From: Halorarum halobium
GTDB lineage: Archaea; Halobacteriota; Halobacteria; Halobacteriales; Haloferacaceae
Reading direction: 5' to 3'
Length of the DNA: 64,000 nucleotides
NCBI RefSeq assembly: GCF_032116555.1
Contig: NZ_CP134949.1
Location: 2,666,001 to 2,730,000, forward strand
Shown here: piece by piece, positions 58,694 to 64,000 of the stretch
Position numbering within the stretch: the stretch's first letter is position 1
How the letters are laid out: the number at the start of each line of letters is the position of its first letter
Translations under genes and position numbers: made by a program
The notes under the pieces: generated by a model
Seen by the model: only the letters and a program-made list of their open reading frames with translations
Told to the model about the DNA's origin: nothing
Database searches by the model: none

Positions 58694-61597
58694 TCACTCA
58701 GACTCGAATTCCGTTTGTGGTGGTACTTCCTCTACTCGCTGACATACCTCTTCGATAGTTTCCGGGCGAAGAGTATCGACGGTATCGATGTATCGAGCGA
58801 AGTTCTTCATATAGTGTCCCTTGAGTCCAACAACGATCGTGCTATGTTCTTTTGCGTCCTCTGTCCGGGCGGGGATGGATTCGATATTGTCAAACTGGTC
58901 TTCGACAAGTTCGCGGTTGAACACCACACCAATCTGGTCGGAACGTACCTCCTGAACCATCTCGTCGATGTCGATACTGGTGTAGTAGTCCTTCCCAAGG
59001 GTAAAGAAGACGATATCGTAATCGGCCTCTTGAAGGAGGTTTCGTAGGTCTTCTTGGATGTAGAGCTTCGCAGATCGCTCTCTAATGTCGCTAACGTTCA
59101 TTGAACTGAACGATACCTCGTAGGGTGGGAGATACTCGTCTTCTGCGACAAGGCCAAACCCTGCACTCACGAAGTAACGGTCGACGTCGTGGCCTTGTCG
59201 CAAAAGCCATCTAACTGCACTCTTGACGTGTTTTTGCTGGCGTCCAGTGTACAGGTCGCGTGCCGCAATACCTGGCACATTATCACGAGCGAGGAGGTCT
59301 TCACGAGAGAACTGAAGAGTTTCCTCTTCACCGAAAATGGGTGCGTCGTCTGGTATCTCCTTTGATCCTGAACACTGGTCGATGACAAGGATGTCCAATC
59401 CGTTCTCGGTATCGATCTTAGGTGGATGAGGCACGAAGTTATCACTGGCTGCATAGTTCTGCCCGCAGACCTCGAGTATTTCATCTCGCAAGTCTCGGGG
59501 GTTGCTATTGATGTGAACCTCGCAACCGTTTTCACGAGCAACCGCTACAACTTCTTCGTCAAGTTCACCATCAAATGTGTGCACGAAGAGGTGTTTGTAC
59601 CTCGCTGCTTGTTCGCCGACGTTTGCTGCCATACGATCTGGGGCGAACGAGACGAGCGACGGGGTTTCTTCCCACCACTCACTCACCCCGTTCGCATCTA
59701 GTACACCAATCTCTGCGACCGGAAGGTCGTGTGTCTGGCCCCAGAACGAGGAGTGTTTGTCGCGCAGATAGTCTTCAACAGTTTCGTAGCCACTGAGGGC
59801 CGCATCACCCTGGGTCGCGACGAGGATCTTCGGAAGATCTTCCTCGAATTCATCATAGAAGCGTCGTGTGTTGTGGAACCCTCGTCTCCGATTCCGATCG
59901 TTCCCCCGGAAGATGCAAACCTCGATACCGTACTCTCTACAAATTGGACAGTCACATTTCTCCCACGGACGACTTCGAAGGGTGTCTTGATACTCCTGGA
60001 GCAGGTCGTCGTCACCGATCCAAGCGGCGTAATCCCGGACAATCGCCCAGACTCGATCATAGTCACTGACAACGTACGGCTCGTCCAAAACGGTCTTCGC
60101 GTGTGGGAACCCCTCAAATACGTCTTCCGCCGTACTCAGCAGTTCGTCGTACTCCTCGAACGAGACGGGAGCAGTCGGGGCATCTTCCCGCAGGAGTTTG
60201 ACTAGCCTACTACGGAGATTATCACTGAAGCTCGCCTGAAGCTCGCGTCCATACTCGAAATCCGTTCGGAACGCTCTTTCTATGTCCTGTAGGAGCGACT
60301 CATCATACTGATCATCGTAGCGGTGTTCCAGTAGATATTCTCTCGTCGCTGGTAGCACCTTCTCAGCCCGCTTGTACCAACTCTCGAGAGAATTACGAAT
60401 CGAATCTCCTGTATCGTATGCTCGGAGTGCCACCAGTGTTTCACGACCGCGTAAAGACTTTTCAACAGCTTCGTCGAGATCGTCCCGGCTCGATGGGTAG
60501 CGAACTCGAATAGCATCGTAGCGTTCGTCGTTATCAAGACGATAATTCTGTCCACCTGTCCACGCCGAACGGAGCATACTCGCGCTGTCGAAACTGGTCA
60601 TCCCCGACCGACCGATCGTCTCGAACGCCTCAGTCTTCGCGAAGCCGAAGACGTGGGAGTCGATACGGGTGTTGTGTTCCCGTTCGAACTGCTTGATTGT
60701 CTTCCCGACCCTTTTGACGATCCCACGGACGTCGTGAGTTGGACTGCCTGCAACGCCCCCGATTCCGAGGTAGTCGTAGCCAATATCAAGCACTTCCTCG
60801 GTGGCCTTACTGTATGAGTCAGGGTTCCATCCTTGGATGGCGACCATCAGTCGAAACGGGTAGTCACGACGCTGGTAGAGGTCATACATCTCTCGGGCGT
60901 TCCGCAGCGTCAGGTCGTAGCGGAACTCGGCGTCGTGTTCGCGATAGACCGCACGTGAATCCTGTGCGAGATGGAACAGAACGGTATCAATGTCTCCCCG
61001 AAAGTCCTCAGCGATGAACGGTTCAACTTCTGTGTCGGGATCAGTACGAATCGTCGGCTCGTACTCGTCGACATATGAGGGCCATTCCTCTGGCCATTCC
61101 TCGATCATAACATCAACGACGTCGGTGATGGGATCGGGGATGTCGCCTTTGTTGAGCTCCTCGTCGAACGCCCGTTCGTCAAGATAGAGTCGTCCCTTGT
61201 CCTTTCCCGACCCTAGAACGAGGTGGTCGATAGTGACGCCAACAGTAACGTCCAGCGTCTCGTAGAAGTCAAGCATATCCTCGTTCCCGTACGGTGGGAA
61301 CGGGAGCGACTTGTACCCCCAAGCGCCGCAGTCACTGATCGTCGGCAACCAATTCGGGATAGAAAGAACGGGGTCATCGTAGACACCATACTGGGCGAGT
61401 CGCTCGGCTTTGCGGTTTGTCTCTTCGACCTGTTCGCGGGAGATTAGAACCCCGTCTACTGGTGTGGTTTCGGGCTCGAAAATGTCCCAAATATAATCCA
61501 AATCGCGCTCTTGACGGTTCAGGGTAGAGAATTCGTCGTGTTCGAAATCGTAGTGAGAGTCGACTGCGTCGTCCCACTCAGGTACGTAAAACCGCAC
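58694..61597 (-). CDS. dpdA: DpdA-type DNA 7-deazaguanine transglycosylase with insertions and a C-terminal YaaA/DUF6884-like (DpdC-like) domain
   Basis: DGVLIS, SDCGAWGY..PPY..DFYE..GVTIDHL, IQGWNPDSY, GIGG, HVFG, TSFDSAS, RPWEKCDCPIC..IFRGNDRNRRRGFHN; C-terminal QCSGSK..ARDLYTG..SAGFGLV..PPYE; GTG start. Confidence 0.82.
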   Translation of the reverse strand: MRFYVPEWDDAVDSHYDFEHDEFSTLNRQERDLDYIWDIFEPETTPVDGVLISREQVEETNRKAERLAQYGVYDDPVLSIPNWLPTISDCGAWGYKSLPFPPYGNEDMLDFYETLDVTVGVTIDHLVLGSGKDKGRLYLDERAFDEELNKGDIPDPITDVVDVMIEEWPEEWPSYVDEYEPTIRTDPDTEVEPFIAEDFRGDIDTVLFHLAQDSRAVYREHDAEFRYDLTLRNAREMYDLYQRRDYPFRLMVAIQGWNPDSYSKATEEVLDIGYDYLGIGGVAGSPTHDVRGIVKRVGKTIKQFEREHNTRIDSHVFGFAKTEAFETIGRSGMTSFDSASMLRSAWTGGQNYRLDNDERYDAIRVRYPSSRDDLDEAVEKSLRGRETLVALRAYDTGDSIRNSLESWYKRAEKVLPATREYLLEHRYDDQYDESLLQDIERAFRTDFEYGRELQASFSDNLRSRLVKLLREDAPTAPVSFEEYDELLSTAEDVFEGFPHAKTVLDEPYVVSDYDRVWAIVRDYAAWIGDDDLLQEYQDTLRSRPWEKCDCPICREYGIEVCIFRGNDRNRRRGFHNTRRFYDEFEEDLPKILVATQGDAALSGYETVEDYLRDKHSSFWGQTHDLPVAEIGVLDANGVSEWWEETPSLVSFAPDRMAANVGEQAARYKHLFVHTFDGELDEEVVAVARENGCEVHINSNPRDLRDEILEVCGQNYAASDNFVPHPPKIDTENGLDILVIDQCSGSKEIPDDAPIFGEEETLQFSREDLLARDNVPGIAARDLYTGRQQKHVKSAVRWLLRQGHDVDRYFVSAGFGLVAEDEYLPPYEVSFSSMNVSDIRERSAKLYIQEDLRNLLQEADYDIVFFTLGKDYYTSIDIDEMVQEVRSDQIGVVFNRELVEDQFDNIESIPARTEDAKEHSTIVVGLKGHYMKNFARYIDTVDTLRPETIEEVCQRVEEVPPQTEFESE

Positions 61598-61677
61598 GTT
61601 AGATAGTCACCAGTAGTAGCGATGGGAGGGCATCCTATAAATCCGTTCGAAGTACATCACTCTGGAACTGGCACTCG

Positions 61678-62349
61678 CTAATGGAAATCAGATAGTGTAG
61701 GGCCAGTGTGAATCTGTATCGAATCCCACTGGTCAGGGCACTCTGCTTCAACTTGCTCAAAAAAACCGTCACCAATAGCGGTCAATACGTAATTGTTCGA
61801 CCGAATCTTCGCGAACTCTAAGTGGACTAACCACTTATAGTGTACTTTAGCACGCGGCACCCACGAGCTATCACTATCGACATCGGGGTAGAGATGGCCG
61901 ATTCGCTCACCGAATCTCTGTGCCGCTGGTGAGTCTTGAGTTGTCGGAACGGTCTCAACTGTAAGTTGGTGGAGAGCTGCCAACATTGGCAAACGGTGCT
62001 CATAAAAAATAACCATCCAGAGAAGGGCCTGTTCGGTACACGATAGCGAATCTTTCACTCCGACGCCTAACTTTGCTCCTGAATGACTCTGCTGCCGTGC
62101 ACGTTCATACGCTTCGGTCAGCCATCGCCCTCTTTCAGTTAGTTCGCCTTCATCCAGAAGGTCAAGCAGTTCCAAGAGTCGAGTCACATGCTGAACTTTT
62201 CTTGACCCAACGACACCTCTGTTGAAGGCTAATGTCCGCAGATCGGCATTCGGCTCACGCCGTCGCAACTCAAGCAATTCGCAAGCTAGCGGAAGGTCGT
62301 CCCAATCCGGCTGAACCGTCTCGAGGTGCCTGACTGACGACGTTTCCAC
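61678..62349 (-). CDS. Hypothetical protein (winged-helix-like) upstream of dpdA
   Basis: 223-aa ORF; LLELLDLLDEGELTERG and WLVHLEFAKIRSNNYVLTAIG resemble wHTH wing motifs. Confidence 0.6.
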   Translation of the reverse strand: METSSVRHLETVQPDWDDLPLACELLELRRREPNADLRTLAFNRGVVGSRKVQHVTRLLELLDLLDEGELTERGRWLTEAYERARQQSHSGAKLGVGVKDSLSCTEQALLWMVIFYEHRLPMLAALHQLTVETVPTTQDSPAAQRFGERIGHLYPDVDSDSSWVPRAKVHYKWLVHLEFAKIRSNNYVLTAIGDGFFEQVEAECPDQWDSIQIHTGPTLSDFH

Positions 62350-62457
62350 GACTATTGGTTCTAATTTACCAACTGCAATATAATTTCCTCACGTGATTAG
62401 AGACATAGTGAGTATGCTACCGATAATACTTAGTGAATACTGGGAGAGCCTCTTGGT
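62350..62457. promoter_or_regulatory. Divergent promoter region between the dpdA-side genes and queD-queE-folE
   Basis: AT-rich 108-nt gap with TATA-like tracts about 30 nt upstream of each start. Confidence 0.45.
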
Positions 62458-62913
62458 GTGCATCTTGAACAAGAATCGGTCCCTGATCTTACTGAGTCTG
62501 GTAAGAGAACACTATTCGTAGGAAAGGACAACCCGATCCGAATCAGCACCGGGCATCGCCTCCTCCACCATGATGGGAAATGTAGCCGTCCACACGGCCA
62601 CAACTATGAGATCTCGGTTGAGGTCACCGGATCTCTCACTCAAGATGGCTGGGTTGTAGACAAAGGAGATATTACCTCAGTAATAGATGACTGGGACCAC
62701 CGCTTCCTCCTCGAGAAGGACGACCCGCTCATCGACGCCTTCGAACAGAGCGGCGACGGTGATTCACTCGTCGTTCTTGAACACCCACCGACCGCGGAAG
62801 TGATGGGGCTCGTCTTGGAACAAAAACTCCTCGAGACACTCCCAGAGTCACTCTCAGACATCTCAGTGACGGTGCGGGAGACATCAGAGCTCTGTGCGGG
62901 GGCGACGCACTGA
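62458..62913 (+). CDS. queD: 6-carboxy-5,6,7,8-tetrahydropterin synthase
   Basis: GHRL..GKCSRPHGHNY, WDHRFL, PTAE, VRET. Confidence 0.92.
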   Translation: MHLEQESVPDLTESGKRTLFVGKDNPIRISTGHRLLHHDGKCSRPHGHNYEISVEVTGSLTQDGWVVDKGDITSVIDDWDHRFLLEKDDPLIDAFEQSGDGDSLVVLEHPPTAEVMGLVLEQKLLETLPESLSDISVTVRETSELCAGATH

Positions 62914-63686
62914 TGCCAGTCAGTTCGACAGCTGATGAGCAGCCAACGGACGATGTCGATGGCGCGGCGCTGCCGGTCAACGAGCTCTTCTACTCGCTCC
63001 AGGGCGAGGGCAAACTCACCGGGACACCGTCGGTGTTCGTCCGAACGAGTGGCTGTAACCTCCGATGTTGGTTCTGTGACTCCTACCACACCTCATGGGA
63101 ACCGACCCACGCTACCATAAGCGTCGACGACATCGTCAAGGAGGTCCAGTCACACGACGACGCCGACCACGTCGTCCTCACTGGTGGCGAACCGCTCATC
63201 CATGACGATTCGGTCACCCTCCTGAAACACCTTGATGATCTCGGGTACCACACCACCGTCGAAACCAACGGCACCATCTACCGCGACGCCCCCATCGATC
63301 TGGCGAGTATCAGTCCGAAACTCGCCACCAGCACACCCACCACCGAGAAAGACCCCAAGGGCGATGGCGAGTGGGTGGACCGCCATGAGGACCGTCGTAT
63401 CGACCTCAACACGCTGAGCGCGCTCGTCGACGACTACGGTGCACAACTCAAGTTCGTCGTCACTGGCCACGACGATCTGCCCGAGATCGAATCCCTCCTC
63501 GCCGACGTCCGCTCGAAAGCGGCGAGTCACATCCCTGACTCCGACGTGTTGTTGATGCCGGAGGGAACGACTCGGGACGAACTCGACGCTCGCCGGAACG
63601 AGGTCGCCGACCTCGCGATGGAGTACGGCTACCGATACACGCCCCGCTTGCACGTCGACTTGTGGAACGACGCTCCCGAAACGTAA
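62913..63686 (+). CDS. queE: 7-carboxy-7-deazaguanine synthase (radical SAM)
   Basis: ELFYSLQGEG, FVRTSGCNLRCWFCDS, LTGGEP, VETNG, SISPK, PRLHVDLW. Confidence 0.94.
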   Translation: MPVSSTADEQPTDDVDGAALPVNELFYSLQGEGKLTGTPSVFVRTSGCNLRCWFCDSYHTSWEPTHATISVDDIVKEVQSHDDADHVVLTGGEPLIHDDSVTLLKHLDDLGYHTTVETNGTIYRDAPIDLASISPKLATSTPTTEKDPKGDGEWVDRHEDRRIDLNTLSALVDDYGAQLKFVVTGHDDLPEIESLLADVRSKAASHIPDSDVLLMPEGTTRDELDARRNEVADLAMEYGYRYTPRLHVDLWNDAPET

Positions 63687-63687
63687 T

Positions 63688-64000
63688 ATGACGAGTACGC
63701 ATTCCCAATTCGCAACTGATGAGGTGGAATCAGACATCGACTACGAGAAGGCCCAGCGCGGCGTTCGCCTCCTGTTAGAGGCTGTCGGCGAGGACCCGGA
63801 CAGTGACGCGCTCGCGGAGACCTGCCAGCGGCGCGTTCCGGACACATTCGCGACACTCACTGAAGGTCAACGGGAGGCCGCGAAGCCGACGATGCGGACC
63901 TTCGACGCCGAGACAACCGACCTCGTCGTGAAAACCGGCATTCCCGTATACTCGCTGTGTGAACACCACTTGCTGCCGTTCTTTGGAACAGTCCATCTCG
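63688..64000 (+). CDS. folE: GTP cyclohydrolase IA (partial, runs off the window; not in the ORF track)
   Basis: Hand translation MTSTHSQF..VRLLLEAVGEDP..RRVP..VYSLCEHHLLPFFGTVHL. Confidence 0.92.
   Translation, partial: MTSTHSQFATDEVESDIDYEKAQRGVRLLLEAVGEDPDSDALAETCQRRVPDTFATLTEGQREAAKPTMRTFDAETTDLVVKTGIPVYSLCEHHLLPFFGTVHL

Larger units (their letters stand above)
26950..64000. mobile_element. Lower-GC mosaic genomic island, probably an integrative or plasmid-derived conjugative element; right end lies outside the window
   Basis: Abrupt GC drop (line 26881 about 77%, line 27061 about 47%); tyrosine recombinase, VirB4-type cluster, ArdC, pseudogenes and defence cargo. Boundary approximate; no att site found. 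Confidence 0.7.

Noticed and set aside
57520..64000. Housekeeping archaeosine tRNA-modification operon
   Set aside because: Neither TGT has PUA domains, one has DpdA-specific motifs, no arcS is seen, and the genes lie in a low-GC mobile island

Overview
Haloarchaeal DNA: very GC-rich, acidic proteins, TFB, halocyanin and Bat/HTH-10 regulators. The window has two parts. (1) 1-~26,950 is a very GC-rich, core-like region (spot counts ~77% GC in 60-nt lines) with a HerA/DUF87 ATPase, an MFS transporter, a Tat-exported repeat protein, an amino-acid uptake/catabolism cluster (LivKHMGF-type ABC, cyclodeaminase-family, FAD oxidoreductase, MetE-like, aspartate-dehydrogenase-like, acyl-CoA dehydrogenase), an ABC exporter and a hybrid histidine kinase. 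(2) From ~27,000 to the end is a lower-GC mosaic island (spot counts ~37-65%) that looks like an integrative or plasmid-derived conjugative element. It carries two TFB paralogues, halocyanin, GDH with a Bat-like regulator, a tyrosine recombinase plus a non-catalytic paralogue of its N-terminal domain, a VirB2/VirB6/VirB3/VirB4-like transfer cluster, a NucS-like nuclease, a ComEC-like nuclease, ArdC, a SWIM protein and decayed genes. At its right end is the main finding, an atypical 7-deazaguanine DNA-modification/defence locus. A 967-aa DpdA-type transglycosylase carries a C-terminal YaaA/DpdC-like domain; with it are a second PUA-less TGT, a multi-winged-helix protein, a BrxD/DUF2791-like AAA+ ATPase and an unknown 223-aa protein, all divergent from queD-queE-folE (folE runs off the window). 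A conserved hairpin with covarying stems (loop GCACCC-NTCR) sits just upstream of ardC, tfb and the SWIM gene. All family assignments come from motif recognition by eye, not from database searches.
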